DNA of 60,662 bases. Source: a virus. Its lineage: Duplodnaviria; Caudoviricetes. Below, in pieces: positions 1 through 10,580 of the stretch (its first letter is position 1; each line of letters starts with the position of its first letter). The stretch covers positions 1 to 60,662 of IMG/VR virus record IMGVR_UViG_3300011339_000240; one strand, written 5' to 3'. The notes beneath the pieces are model-generated. The model was not told the DNA's origin, did no database searches, and was given only the letters and a program-made list of their open reading frames with translations. Both the position numbers and the translations under genes were made by a program.

Positions 1-128
1 TGAATAGGAGAAGCTAAACGACGATCAAACTTTCCTTCAAGCTTGGATGTTTGAACTACACCAGCTTGGTTTGCGTCACTTTTGAATTGGGGAACATCTT
101 CAGATAGCTTCAATTCTGAAACTGGAAC
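1..128. repeat. Terminal direct repeat (circular assembly overlap), left copy
   Basis: 1..128 is identical to 60535..60662 and lies inside an ORF that stays in frame across the join. Confidence 0.95.
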
Positions 129-1466
129 CTCTGAAACCGAACCTTCTGTATAAGTAGGTTGGCTTGCAAGTGTTTGGTCTTGTTTAATTTCTTCAGGTAT
201 ATCTAATGCAGCGGGCTGTTCTCCCTCTCCTGTTGTAGTAGGAACAGTAGGTGGCAAAGTTGCTCCCACTCCCACTCCTTCAGGTGCGATAGCTCTTTCG
301 GCGGGTTGTACGATTTCTCGTTCACTAACCACAGGAACGCTGTCTCCAACTGGGGGATTGATAACTGGTTCGACATCTTTTACCCTTTCTATTGGAGGGG
401 GTGGAGGAGGTGGAGGATTAAGAACATCTAATGCCTCTTGCCCTGCCGTGGTAGAAGCCCGCTTAGTTAAATCTTCTACTGGTGCTTTGCTGCTTTGAGG
501 AATGCTGACCGCTCCAGCAGTCAATGCAGCAGTAAGGGCTTCTTGTGCCGCTTGTCCACCTACGCCTTGGAATGTGGGTACATCCCGTCCGGTACGTTGT
601 AGGGCGATGTTAGATGCAAGCCGTTCTTGTCCACCTTGTGCGCCCTCAGTAACTGATTCCTCTGTCGTTGCTTTAACTACTCGTGGCGCTATTTTTTCAG
701 CAGCTTTCTCTCTGCCTTCTTTGGTAAGGAACTTTTCTATACCGCCTTTGGATGCAACATACCCCAAGCCAGCGCCAAGTGCAATCTGATCTAAGTTCTT
801 GCCGGTATAGTCTTGTGCTGCGGTAGCCTTCTGTCTTGCCTCTGCCTCAGACAAGCCAGATTCTTTTTCTGCTTTATAAACGGCATCGTAAATAGCGCCT
901 TTTACAGAGCCTGCTCCTTGTGCTGTACCAATAACGGGCGCGTATGCCTTGGCTACTACGTTAGCAGCAGCTACAGCGCGTGAACCAAGTCCAAGCGCAG
1001 CGGCGGCGGGGCCAGCAAACATGGCTGGAACATAAGGTACAAAAGAGCCAAGCCCTTGGGCGGCAGACTGTAATGGCGCTTCGTAAATGTTTTGCGCCCC
1101 AGCCTTAATTTCTTCCCACGTACTACCAGATTCCTCAGCTTTTTTCATGCGCTGTTGCTGACGCTGCATTTCTGCCTGTCGTTCTGGTGTGTACTTTTCG
1201 CCTAAACTTTTGCTTACATCTCCAAGATATTGCGATGCAACATTACCAGCGCCAGCAACATTAGTTAGTGCTTCTGCGCTACCTATAGCACCTTGACCAA
1301 AGGCTGTACCTATGTCCCTGAGGGAAAACCCTGCTTCTTTGGCTTGGACAGTGGGTTTAGGGCGTGATGGATTAGCTAAGTATTGCAACCCTTCCGTAGA
1401 AACTTTTGAGAAATCTTTAACTGCAAGGGCTTGCAGGTCGCTATCGGAAAGCTGGGATAAATCCAC
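1..1466 (-). CDS. 5' part of large polyvalent internal-virion protein (continues at 60534 down to 55803; ~2,065 aa total)
   Basis: GTG at 1466 (MDLSQLSDSDLQALA...) directly follows the previous stop; in frame with the 1614-aa ORF after removing the overlap (frame spot-checked, not read codon by codon); absent from the ORF track, presumably because it runs off the edge. Confidence 0.85.
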   Translation of the reverse strand, partial: MDLSQLSDSDLQALAVKDFSKVSTEGLQYLANPSRPKPTVQAKEAGFSLRDIGTAFGQGAIGSAEALTNVAGAGNVASQYLGDVSKSLGEKYTPERQAEMQRQQQRMKKAEESGSTWEEIKAGAQNIYEAPLQSAAQGLGSFVPYVPAMFAGPAAAALGLGSRAVAAANVVAKAYAPVIGTAQGAGSVKGAIYDAVYKAEKESGLSEAEARQKATAAQDYTGKNLDQIALGAGLGYVASKGGIEKFLTKEGREKAAEKIAPRVVKATTEESVTEGAQGGQERLASNIALQRTGRDVPTFQGVGGQAAQEALTAALTAGAVSIPQSSKAPVEDLTKRASTTAGQEALDVLNPPPPPPPPIERVKDVEPVINPPVGDSVPVVSEREIVQPAERAIAPEGVGVGATLPPTVPTTTGEGEQPAALDIPEEIKQDQTLASQPTYTEGSVSEVPVSELKLSEDVPQFKSDANQAGVVQTSKLEGKFDRRLASPI

Positions 1467-1467
1467 G

Positions 1468-2883
1468 TTAACGTCCTCCGGTTAGGGTTCTACGTTGTCC
1501 TTGTCGGCGGGCTAATTCTTGGGCGGCAAGTGATGCTATATCACCACCACTGGGCTTGACGCTAGACTTTAATAATACATCAGCCGCTTGGTCAATTGCA
1601 GCTTCTCTAGCTTCAGGAGAAGCACTTATCATATTAATATCGCCATAAACAGCTTTCATTGCTTTTTCGCGGGCATCTAACTCTCTTTTAGCTTGACGAT
1701 CATCTCCGGCAAGTTTTCTTGCTTGAGCAAGTTCTGCATATTTAAATTTAAATTCCCGCTCAAGTCTTTCATTTGTTTCGCGCTTTTGTGCCAACAAATT
1801 TGCAGCAATTTCTTCTTTTGCGCGTAAAGCTTCGGTAGCTACCTGTCGCTTACGTTCATCTTCTAAACGTTGCGATTCTCTTCTTTGCTGCACTGTTGCA
1901 AAATTACTTTGTCTGCCAGCCAATGTCCGCTGCAATACATCAGACATACTGGTGCTTGACTCAAGGCCAGATTTAACTTGGCCTTCAATGTCTTTCCTGC
2001 GTGTTACATAAGCGTTGTATTTGTCTACATCATTAGCCGCAATAGCTTTGTCAATTTCTTCGTCTATTGCGCTTAAAGCATTTAGCTGAGTAATCTCTTG
2101 CTTTGTATAACCTTCACGCGCAGCTTGTCCTGCCTGACTAACTCCCTGCATAGCTGCACCATATCCACCCGGCGCATTAATATTCTGACCCATACGCTCC
2201 AACAAAACTTCTAAACCACTTGGGCGTTCAGCTTTTTGGCGTTCATACAAAGCTTTTAATCCTGTTTGTTGTTCACGCATACGGGCAATTGCAGCTTCCC
2301 TGTTGGGACTTAACATTTCTTGCTGCATTGCGCTTGCAGCCTTGCCGCCTGCTTCAGGATCTTGGTCACGCAATCGTGCTGCTACGGCCTGTGTCTGCCG
2401 AATAAACTCAGCGTTTTCAGGAGACATCTCTGGAGGTTGTTCAATATCTGTTTGGCTTGGAACATCCTCTTGATTTAATTCTTCAACCTGTTGGCGATAT
2501 CTGCCATGAGCATCTCCACCACTACCGCCTTGGGCAAAAGCAATGATTCCTCCACCTTGGTATTCAGTTGGTAAATTAGTTGGCGCTCCCATTAATCCTT
2601 GAGGCATTGGGCCAGCGGGAGGTTGCTCTTGTGATAGCCCTGCCAAGCCCATTTTCTGAGCTACTTCTTGGCGCGCAGAATTCATTGCCCGCTGTTGTAA
2701 GCTTTGAGCTACAGTAGGTTGTGCTTGTCCACTTGACATAGCAAGCTGTTGGGCGGCGGCTTTTTTATCAGCCTCAACCTTTTGCAGCGCCAGTAAATCC
2801 AACAGTTGCGGCGTAATCGCTGCGGGATTTTGCTGTATTGGCAGCTTACCTGTATATGCGAGGGCTTCTCGTGTACTGTACAT
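1468..2883 (-). CDS. Putative internal virion/ejection protein (helical, Q/A/E/R-rich)
   Basis: 471 aa; after tail genes and before the largest gene; YQGGG/FAQGG motifs. Confidence 0.65.
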   Translation of the reverse strand: MYSTREALAYTGKLPIQQNPAAITPQLLDLLALQKVEADKKAAAQQLAMSSGQAQPTVAQSLQQRAMNSARQEVAQKMGLAGLSQEQPPAGPMPQGLMGAPTNLPTEYQGGGIIAFAQGGSGGDAHGRYRQQVEELNQEDVPSQTDIEQPPEMSPENAEFIRQTQAVAARLRDQDPEAGGKAASAMQQEMLSPNREAAIARMREQQTGLKALYERQKAERPSGLEVLLERMGQNINAPGGYGAAMQGVSQAGQAAREGYTKQEITQLNALSAIDEEIDKAIAANDVDKYNAYVTRRKDIEGQVKSGLESSTSMSDVLQRTLAGRQSNFATVQQRRESQRLEDERKRQVATEALRAKEEIAANLLAQKRETNERLEREFKFKYAELAQARKLAGDDRQAKRELDAREKAMKAVYGDINMISASPEAREAAIDQAADVLLKSSVKPSGGDIASLAAQELARRQGQRRTLTGGR

Positions 2884-2892
2884 ACAATTTCC

Positions 2893-4683
2893 TTAACCAA
2901 AAATACTTTTGAAAAGAGCAGAAGTTCCCGTCGCCCCAGCCGCTGCGGCAGAGTACGGGTTAGTAGTTGTACTATACGATTGTGTTTGTAGCGGCATGCC
3001 CTGAAGCATAGACTGTTGGAACTGAAGCTGTTTATATGGATCAGCTTTTTGCTGTTCAAACTGTGCCTGTGCAGCGGCAAGACCTGCTTGTTCAGTCTGC
3101 TGTTGAGTTCCACCCAAGCCTGCCATCAAATTAATATTAGCCAAGTTCTTGTTTTGCTCAGTGTTGTACTGACCTTGTGCAGCTTGGTATGCGGCCTGCA
3201 ATCCTTGTGCTTGAATGTCGTTCATCTGGGTTCCCAGATTACGCTCACGTTCTGCGCGCTGAATAGCGTCACGACCACCACCAAATGCCCCCGCCTGCAC
3301 TGCTTGTGCCTGTTGCTGAGTACCTTGGATGCCTGATTGACGAGCCGCCTCACGTTTTTGGATATCCACTACATTTTGCATATAGGGAGACATATAAGAA
3401 GCCGCCGTACCTGCATTGGTAAACGACTGTCCGGTCAAATTACCCGCTTCTCCAAAAGCTTTATTCTGAAGCGCAGAAGGCCCAGCGGTAAGCTCACCTT
3501 GATAAAACTGCGGCTTTTCTAATGCAGCACTGGTAAGTGCTTGGGTTTTACCCATTAAATCCGTAACGTAAGGGCCAGCCCAAGTGGATAAATTGGATTC
3601 CGATCCTGTAGCTGTTGCCGGAACAGCGGGAACTTTAGGTGTAGTAACTTCATCTCCCGCAGCAAACCGAGCTACACCGCCAGCAGCGTAACTAGCAAGA
3701 CCACCCGGCATAAATTTACTTGGGTTAATTTCCTTGCCCTGTTTTTCGCTACCTGTACGAGCCATGCGGATTCTGTCCATCATCTTGTAGAGTTGCTTAG
3801 CCCCTGCATCAGAGTTGCCATTGCCAAGATGGGACACAACGTCAGCAGGAATAACAAACTCCCCATGAGCCAGACGAGCAGGTTGAATATCGTCAATGGT
3901 TCCCGGAATCTTGTCTGCCATACCATCGGTATCACCCCTCAAATAAGTGCCATGTGGATGTGTTGGCTTTCCACCACGAGCTAGTCCCATGATACCTCCG
4001 TATGCAGCTTTAACCGTGGTATCAACAGGTAACCTTGCCGCTTGTTGAGCTGCATCCTGTTGAGCATTAGCGGCGTTAAGCGCGTTCAAACCTGTTACCT
4101 GTGTATCAATAGCTGTTTGTGCTGCGGGCAGTCCACCTGCGGGCGCAAATTTAATGCCTGTAAAGTACTGGTGTCCAGCACCCGGACGCGCCCCAGCAGC
4201 AGGTTCAGCCGCACGACCTTGCACCGCAGTGTACGAAGGGATGCCGCCTTGGTAGCCCACGGGTTTGTTAGACTTTTCAGCATCCGTATATGCTTTGTAC
4301 GCACCAACAAGTCCAGCGCCGCTTGATGCAACTTTGCCCCAATCTATATCAGTTGTTCCCGGTTTTAGGAACTTAGCTTTAAGTGCATTTTGAATATAGT
4401 CAGGTATACCTTTAAGCTGATCTAAAAAACTTACCCCCGCAGCATCAGGCGGAGTCCCCCAAATTTGTTTTTGAGTTTCCCGTTGTAGCTCATCGGGGTC
4501 TAATTGATTTGTAGTATCCCCCGAAAGAGGAACATCAAAAGAAGTATCAGTGTAACCGTCACCGGGGGTACTTGTGGTATCCGTGGGAACAAAATCTGGT
4601 GCATACGATGTTGTATCGGTGGCATCTACCGTCAGAGGAACGTCAAAAGAAGTGTCAACGTAATCCGTATAATCATAAGCCAT
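2893..4683 (-). CDS. Putative internal virion (DNA pilot-like) protein with 'GDTDGMADKIP..LAHGEFVIPADVV' domain
   Basis: 596 aa; C-terminal Q/A-rich region (YMSPY, AGAFGGGR) typical of podovirus pilot proteins; several x-x-GG motifs. Confidence 0.65.
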   Translation of the reverse strand: MAYDYTDYVDTSFDVPLTVDATDTTSYAPDFVPTDTTSTPGDGYTDTSFDVPLSGDTTNQLDPDELQRETQKQIWGTPPDAAGVSFLDQLKGIPDYIQNALKAKFLKPGTTDIDWGKVASSGAGLVGAYKAYTDAEKSNKPVGYQGGIPSYTAVQGRAAEPAAGARPGAGHQYFTGIKFAPAGGLPAAQTAIDTQVTGLNALNAANAQQDAAQQAARLPVDTTVKAAYGGIMGLARGGKPTHPHGTYLRGDTDGMADKIPGTIDDIQPARLAHGEFVIPADVVSHLGNGNSDAGAKQLYKMMDRIRMARTGSEKQGKEINPSKFMPGGLASYAAGGVARFAAGDEVTTPKVPAVPATATGSESNLSTWAGPYVTDLMGKTQALTSAALEKPQFYQGELTAGPSALQNKAFGEAGNLTGQSFTNAGTAASYMSPYMQNVVDIQKREAARQSGIQGTQQQAQAVQAGAFGGGRDAIQRAERERNLGTQMNDIQAQGLQAAYQAAQGQYNTEQNKNLANINLMAGLGGTQQQTEQAGLAAAQAQFEQQKADPYKQLQFQQSMLQGMPLQTQSYSTTTNPYSAAAAGATGTSALFKSIFG

Positions 4684-4684
4684 A

Positions 4685-6493
4685 CTAACTCCTTAAATTC
4701 CGCAACAATTCCTCAATGGACATTGATGGCGAATACTGGTTTAACAATGATTCTACTGGATTGCGTTCGTTTGTAGGGGGCAAAATATCTGCCCCAGTCA
4801 TATCCAAATAGTACTGTATGTCAGCCAAAGGTGTAGGCTGACTTTGAGTTGTGGTCTGGTAAAGCTGCTCCACCGGGTCGGTTGATTTAACCGGAGTGGT
4901 AGGCGTTACCGGAGTAACGGGTTTTGTAGGTATCTTGGGGGCAACAGGTATCTTAGGGGTAACAGGCGTGCCGGGGGTGTCCGCTATTACTTCTTTTACC
5001 GTGTTATCCGGCAAGGGCGGTGCTGGCTCTAAAGGAAGTAACGGGGTATCTTCGCCCGCTATTACTTCAGTAACTGTATTATCTGGTAATGGCGGCGCTT
5101 CTTCTAAATCTTTAAGAATAGTATCAACTTCGGTTACTGTGTTATCTGGCAGCGGCGGGGCTTCTTCCAAAGGAATTAACGGGTTGGCTATACCAGTTAC
5201 CTCTACTGTAAAAGGAGGTTCCTCATCTGTTACTAAACCTGCATCAGTTAATACGTCTTCTATTGGTTTATTTTCAACAGGTATGTCACTAGTGGTACTA
5301 CGGTCTAATGCGTCTTGAAATGCTTGGTCAGAAGCGGCGGGGCTTATAAGGTCTTCATCTTTAGACCCATCTACTAATCCTGCATTAGTCAATACTTCCG
5401 TGACCGTGTTGTCCGGCAGTGACGGCGCTTCTTCTAAAGGAATTAACGGGGTATCGGTGATTTGATCGCCAGTCAGCGCCGCTACTTGGTCTGGTGGAAG
5501 CGCCTTCACATCACCTGTTGGTGCTACATCAGGTTTATTAGCTTGACTAATTAAAGTATTAACTACACTTTTAGCGGCTCCTTCAGCACCACCAGTTGCA
5601 GCTCCAATAACCCCTGATGTAATCAGACTAGCTGTTTTTGGGTCAACATCTTTTAGGGCTACGTTAAACGCAGCATTTGTACCACTATTAACAAGGCTGT
5701 TAGTCAATGAGTCTGTTATCTGGTCAGCATTACCCCCAGCAGCGGCGGTTTTTACTACAGAAGCACCGGCGTTAACAATAGCTTTTGCTACAGCCGGACT
5801 TTCAAGAACCGTGGATAAAGCTTTTGTTGCTTCGGGCGAATAAACACCCAACCCTGCGTTAACAATGCCGTTTTTTATAGCTTCGTCAATAGGCTTGCCC
5901 TGTGCTACTTGTACCGCCGTACTTGCAATCGCGGTTCCAATAACAGTAGCGGTGGCAGTAGCAGCAGCACCCGCAGCCGCCGCACCAGCAGCAGTAGCGC
6001 CAGCCGCAGTGGCAGCAGCAGACGCACTAGCGGCACTAGTCAAAACCCCCGCACCCATTAGTTGACTACCAATTGCGGCTCCAATACCGGGGAGAAATAT
6101 AGGTAAGGCTACTGCTAGCATTACGGTCAATGGATCAGGCCCTTGGCTTTTATCGCTGTAATGACTTCTGAATTCTCCTTGTTCCCCATAGTATGTTCTA
6201 CCGTCTGATGTTATTTTTTCGAACACCATACGGTTAGGTTCAGTAGTTAACTGAGGTTTTAACCCATTAGCTGCAACCCAATCTGGCAAACCTTGTGGGT
6301 ACTTAGATGCTATTAAAGCGTCAAGTTTTTGTTTATATGCAGCCTCAGCAGACGCAACTCTATCCTTTTCTGCCTGTAATGCTATTGCTTGACCTCTGCT
6401 GGCCGCAGCTAATCTGTTCCTGTAGCTTGTATCTGATTCGCCTCTTGCTCTTGGAAGTGATGGAGTTGTTGATGGTCGTACTTGTCCTCCCAT
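4685..6493 (-). CDS. Putative internal virion protein with hydrophobic Ala-rich segment and acidic Pro-rich repeats
   Basis: Start moved to ATG 6493 behind AAGGAG RBS; 602 aa. Confidence 0.65.
   Translation of the reverse strand: MGGQVRPSTTPSLPRARGESDTSYRNRLAAASRGQAIALQAEKDRVASAEAAYKQKLDALIASKYPQGLPDWVAANGLKPQLTTEPNRMVFEKITSDGRTYYGEQGEFRSHYSDKSQGPDPLTVMLAVALPIFLPGIGAAIGSQLMGAGVLTSAASASAAATAAGATAAGAAAAGAAATATATVIGTAIASTAVQVAQGKPIDEAIKNGIVNAGLGVYSPEATKALSTVLESPAVAKAIVNAGASVVKTAAAGGNADQITDSLTNSLVNSGTNAAFNVALKDVDPKTASLITSGVIGAATGGAEGAAKSVVNTLISQANKPDVAPTGDVKALPPDQVAALTGDQITDTPLIPLEEAPSLPDNTVTEVLTNAGLVDGSKDEDLISPAASDQAFQDALDRSTTSDIPVENKPIEDVLTDAGLVTDEEPPFTVEVTGIANPLIPLEEAPPLPDNTVTEVDTILKDLEEAPPLPDNTVTEVIAGEDTPLLPLEPAPPLPDNTVKEVIADTPGTPVTPKIPVAPKIPTKPVTPVTPTTPVKSTDPVEQLYQTTTQSQPTPLADIQYYLDMTGADILPPTNERNPVESLLNQYSPSMSIEELLRNLRS
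4983..5452 (-). repeat. Four imperfect coding repeats (PLIP)LEEAPPLPDNTVTEV
   Basis: Visible in the translation and in the DNA. Confidence 0.9.
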
Positions 6494-6503
6494 AATTATC
6501 TCC

Positions 6504-7157
6504 TTACGGCAGCGCCGAAACAAACGACATGGTGGCTACAACCGACTGGGTTGAAGGTTTGGTTGGCGTGCCGGATGCTGCATAGTACTCAATAGTTACG
6601 GTGGCAATTGTGGGTGACCAATAAATTTCTATGTAGTCATTTGCCGCCATAGAAACAAAGTAGTTCCAGCCTTTAATATCATGGTAGGGAACACCCGCGC
6701 TTTTACGAGCTGGCATGCCAACTTTACCCGTAGAACCCACAATATCTGTGCCGTTTTGTTTAAGCCAAATAAAAACATCTTGCGGAGCGTTATCCAGATT
6801 TTGTAACTGGGCGCTGAACTGAAGGTTGTATATCCCAGCGGCTGCTACCGTGATCTTGGAAGTGCTAATCGTCACACCGTTGGTAAAGTCCGTGGTGTTC
6901 AGTGTCATCAACGTGTCTGTGTTTGCCGTTGTAGTTTGTGTTTGGTCACTGGAAAACGCGCCATAGGGAACCCGCAAGCCAGACGTATCCGATGAAGCCC
7001 GTAGCTGCCCAAGGATGTTGTCTAGCTGGTTAAAATACAACCGCAGGACGTTATTAAGCTGGTTGATGTAGTTTTCTTCGTACTGCTGAGTAGCCGCAGG
7101 TAGGCGCGGCGCAACAACCCTGTTGAGTTCGTATTCAGAGGTGACAACGTAGGTCAT
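6504..7157 (-). CDS. Tail-associated structural protein (coiled coil plus C-terminal beta-sandwich)
   Basis: Likely start MTYVVTSE at 7157; GIYNLQFSAQL motif; follows the nozzle gene. Confidence 0.6.
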   Translation of the reverse strand: MTYVVTSEYELNRVVAPRLPAATQQYEENYINQLNNVLRLYFNQLDNILGQLRASSDTSGLRVPYGAFSSDQTQTTTANTDTLMTLNTTDFTNGVTISTSKITVAAAGIYNLQFSAQLQNLDNAPQDVFIWLKQNGTDIVGSTGKVGMPARKSAGVPYHDIKGWNYFVSMAANDYIEIYWSPTIATVTIEYYAASGTPTKPSTQSVVATMSFVSALP

Positions 7158-7161
7158 AACT

Positions 7162-9522
7162 CTACCTTCTGCCGTCAGGACGCAAATCGATTCTAGGAGA
7201 GCCAAGCTGCCACTGTGTACCAATTTGATTAGAGGTAATCCGCAAAGCCATTTGCCGACCACGAACCCTAATATAAATCTGCCCGTTGTAGGTATCCAAA
7301 TCTATTGGGTACGTCTGCGTGGCAGTCACCGCCTGCTCCGCATCAGAACTTGTTCCGCCCACGGACTTGGGGCTGTTATACCCAGAGCCGGAATTTTGTA
7401 ACGGCAGTAGCTGCATAGTCAACGCAGGAGTTGTGCCATCTGTAGACCCATTAAACGTCAAGTCTGGTAGCATTCTCCAAGCAAACGCCATGTTATGCCC
7501 ATCCCCAATATCAAACTGAGCCGAAGTTATAGACGCTTCAATTGCTAAAGTAGTTGCAGTTTCATTGTTGTCTACACCGTACTCATGGTTCACAATGTTG
7601 TAGCTGTAGGTAGCTGCCATTGGATAGTTACGTAAGCTGGTATCTAACCACGCAGTGCGGGCAAGTGTGCCGTATGCCCAAACATTTTCCACGTAGTTGT
7701 ACAGGACGTACTTATCAACAGTATTGCTGGTTTCTGAGCAGTAAAAAAACCAAACCTCGTTAAAGCCTTCGCTGGTGCTTGCAAATATTTGATCGTATTG
7801 AAGTTGGTTAATGTCGTTATATACATACCGTAGTAAGTCACAGCGTAATGTTGTGACGCGACCATCGTACTTATAGAACTTGTCCACGCCCATCCAGTAG
7901 GTAACTCCTGAAGCCATAGCGGCGGCATTGGGGCCAGCAATAGATACATTATCAGCAAGAAGCTGTGAGCCCCACACATACGGGGGGCCAAGATACTGCA
8001 ACGAATACAGGGCTGAATCTGTCCATACTACGATCTCTTGGCGGCTTTGCAAAGTCGTAACGATCTTGGAGCCGTGAGACAACCGCAAGCTACCTGCTTG
8101 ATTGGTTGCGGCTGGATACCACGTAGTCAAAGATTCCTGATCCGACCAGCGGATTAGCATCGGGTCAAACACAGTGCTTCCGTAGTCGTTTGTGCCAAAT
8201 ACAATTAAAAATCGGCTAGCATCAGACACGGTAAATGTGTTTTGATAGAGTGGTGTATACCCATCTGCGCCGGGTAATGTAGATAGCAACATACCACGGG
8301 GAGATATAGCTTGTGTACCCGATTGCGTACCGGAGGTATTAATGGTTGTTGATAAAGTATAGGTAAGCCCCGTTGGTGTGCCTGCCGTGGTTGTGACCCC
8401 TGAGCCGCCCGCAGTGGTAGATAGCGTAAATGTTGTTGAGCCGTTAGTAGCAATGATGTAGTAGGTTGTAGGGTTTGTATATCCGGTAATAGACCCCGTG
8501 CCTCCGTATGTTCCGCTAATTGCCAATGATTGACCAACTGCCAAAGAAATACTTGAAGCAGTACAGTTAAATTGCCCCGCCGTTCCCGTAATAGTTACAC
8601 CTGATAAAATTGAACTTGCAGTGGCGGATGTTGCAAGGTTATAAGTTGTAGAGGTGACGTACCGCACATAGTAAGTAACCCCCGGCAGTAAGCCCGTTGG
8701 CAATGCGCCTGTAGTCGTGAATGTGATTGGAGTCTTGTCTACAAGGGTAACTGTGGTTGTCATTACACAAGGCGCTGCTATTGACAACGTAATTTCTAAA
8801 TTACGAACACCAATAGTTGCATCCCAGTAGTACAGTGGCCCGCCACGGGGGCCATACACCAAGTTTTGCCCCCAGTTTACTTGGTTCCAAATACGCAGCG
8901 CATCGGTGGAAGAAAGGCCAATGCCCCACGTACCCGAACCCCAAGTGCTTGCGCCCCAACCAGAAAGCGGAGCAGCGTATGATGGCCCTGTATTGATTTG
9001 ATAAGCGGCGTAAACCGTGCCACCACCAGTGGCGGCTGTAGCTGCGGCTGAAATGGTAATGTTGTAAGTATTTATTGAAACATACGCAATTTGATACTGC
9101 CCTACGATTGTCTGCCCACCAACCGCAGTGCTACCGTAAAAGGTTACATAGTCCCCGTTAATTGCGCCATGTGCAGCGTCCGTTACAAGCACCGTAGTTG
9201 TGCCGTTTGTGGTAAACGGGTTAGTCAGGGTATCTGTTACGCGGACTGGCGTGATGTCATAGTACGCCCCACCGTTCTCAATATAGAACTTTAGGTTTGT
9301 GCCAACACCAAGCAGGTTTAAGGAGTTAAGAGTTACCCAGTTCCACAGGGAGCGGCATACCCCTAAGAATGTTTCTGCTGAAATACGTTGCCATCCACCT
9401 ATTTTTTCTGGTGTGTTTTGACGAAAACGTACTTTATCGGACTCATACCAACCATTTTCATTGGTCAGGCGCGTATTTTCGCGATTCACCCCGCTTTTCA
9501 ATTGCAATTTTTGCAAAGTCAT
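7162..9522 (-). CDS. Tail nozzle / packaged-DNA stabilization protein (P22 gp10-like)
   Basis: 786 aa, beta-rich; VRFR..PEKIGGW N-terminus, IRWSDQE, C-terminal RIDLRPDGRR. Confidence 0.7.
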   Translation of the reverse strand: MTLQKLQLKSGVNRENTRLTNENGWYESDKVRFRQNTPEKIGGWQRISAETFLGVCRSLWNWVTLNSLNLLGVGTNLKFYIENGGAYYDITPVRVTDTLTNPFTTNGTTTVLVTDAAHGAINGDYVTFYGSTAVGGQTIVGQYQIAYVSINTYNITISAAATAATGGGTVYAAYQINTGPSYAAPLSGWGASTWGSGTWGIGLSSTDALRIWNQVNWGQNLVYGPRGGPLYYWDATIGVRNLEITLSIAAPCVMTTTVTLVDKTPITFTTTGALPTGLLPGVTYYVRYVTSTTYNLATSATASSILSGVTITGTAGQFNCTASSISLAVGQSLAISGTYGGTGSITGYTNPTTYYIIATNGSTTFTLSTTAGGSGVTTTAGTPTGLTYTLSTTINTSGTQSGTQAISPRGMLLSTLPGADGYTPLYQNTFTVSDASRFLIVFGTNDYGSTVFDPMLIRWSDQESLTTWYPAATNQAGSLRLSHGSKIVTTLQSRQEIVVWTDSALYSLQYLGPPYVWGSQLLADNVSIAGPNAAAMASGVTYWMGVDKFYKYDGRVTTLRCDLLRYVYNDINQLQYDQIFASTSEGFNEVWFFYCSETSNTVDKYVLYNYVENVWAYGTLARTAWLDTSLRNYPMAATYSYNIVNHEYGVDNNETATTLAIEASITSAQFDIGDGHNMAFAWRMLPDLTFNGSTDGTTPALTMQLLPLQNSGSGYNSPKSVGGTSSDAEQAVTATQTYPIDLDTYNGQIYIRVRGRQMALRITSNQIGTQWQLGSPRIDLRPDGRR

Positions 9523-9524
9523 TT

Positions 9525-10148
9525 TTATACCTCAAAGTAATTTGACTTACGCACATTTTCATGTCCCGGAATAACACGTAGATTAATTGGTGTATGTAAC
9601 CCCGACACTAATTTTCCTTGCAATGGAACTATATGATCTACATGCCATGCAAAACCAAACAATTTTGTACGTAATGCAGCTAGTTCGTAGGCTTGCTCCA
9701 TCATCCAATGGTCATCATCTGTAAGCCATATCGGGTTACGTTGTAGCTTTGCTGTTTTTCGTCGTGTTTCTTTAACATTCAACTTTTCAGGAAACCGCAA
9801 CCTAAACAATTTATAGTAATTAGGATTATTTGCGTAAAACTGTTTGCTTTTTTCTTGTAAAACAATCTTATTTTTTTCAGAATATTCCCGTTGGTATGCC
9901 CGTTTTTTGTCAGCAACTTTTAAGTATTCGGCTTTTTTACGTACCAATAACTGTTCTCGATTAGCCGCATAATGGGCGCGTTTCTGAGCCGTTATTGTTT
10001 CACGGTTATTTTTTACGCTAACAATCCTACATGCCAAACACCTATAGGTATACCCATCCCACCTACCCGCATCACGACCAAACAAGTCTATAGACTTTGT
10101 GGTATTGCATTTGTTGCAGTGTTTGGTAGGCATGGTTGATTTTCCCAC
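9525..10148 (-). CDS. HNH homing endonuclease
   Basis: N-terminal CxxC..CxxC; C-terminal WHVDHIVPL..GLH...NL.....EN..KSN. Confidence 0.85.
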   Translation of the reverse strand: MGKSTMPTKHCNKCNTTKSIDLFGRDAGRWDGYTYRCLACRIVSVKNNRETITAQKRAHYAANREQLLVRKKAEYLKVADKKRAYQREYSEKNKIVLQEKSKQFYANNPNYYKLFRLRFPEKLNVKETRRKTAKLQRNPIWLTDDDHWMMEQAYELAALRTKLFGFAWHVDHIVPLQGKLVSGLHTPINLRVIPGHENVRKSNYFEV

Positions 10149-10151
10149 GAA

Positions 10152-10580
10152 TTAAGCGTAAGGGCGAGTCCCAGCTTTGTCGATGATTAGCGTCTGGCCT
10201 CGTGGTTTACCCTTGGGGTCATTGGGCACGCTAATGTGCGTCCAGCGGTCAAACTCGCGGATTATCTGGTCGAAGGGGAGTTTAGCAGCTATCACAGCTT
10301 TTACAACAGCGTCAGGGGCCATGCCGGGAACACGAATATCAGCAGCGCAACCTATCCGATGCTGGGAAGTATCCTTGGAGCCAACCGCATCGTTAACCTT
10401 TTTAGATCGGAAGGCGGAGTTGACCATGACGGGTTTACCTCCAATCGCCACCTTGACCAACTCCAGTAAGCCAGCCAGTCGCACCAAATTTTCTCGCTCT
10501 GTTTCATTGGGTGTGTTGTCAAACTCGCGGTGGTCGGTTATGGTCAGTTCTTCAAGGGTGAAGTGTTCGGTCAGGTTCAT
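10152..10580 (-). CDS. Endolysin, peptidase M15A family
   Basis: LTEHFTLEE, SAFRS, SQHRIGCAAD, WTHIS Zn-peptidase motifs. Confidence 0.85.
   Translation of the reverse strand: MNLTEHFTLEELTITDHREFDNTPNETERENLVRLAGLLELVKVAIGGKPVMVNSAFRSKKVNDAVGSKDTSQHRIGCAADIRVPGMAPDAVVKAVIAAKLPFDQIIREFDRWTHISVPNDPKGKPRGQTLIIDKAGTRPYA

Noticed and set aside
1-128. Biological terminal repeat
   Set aside because: It falls mid-gene and its length is typical of an assembler overlap; treated as a circularisation artefact
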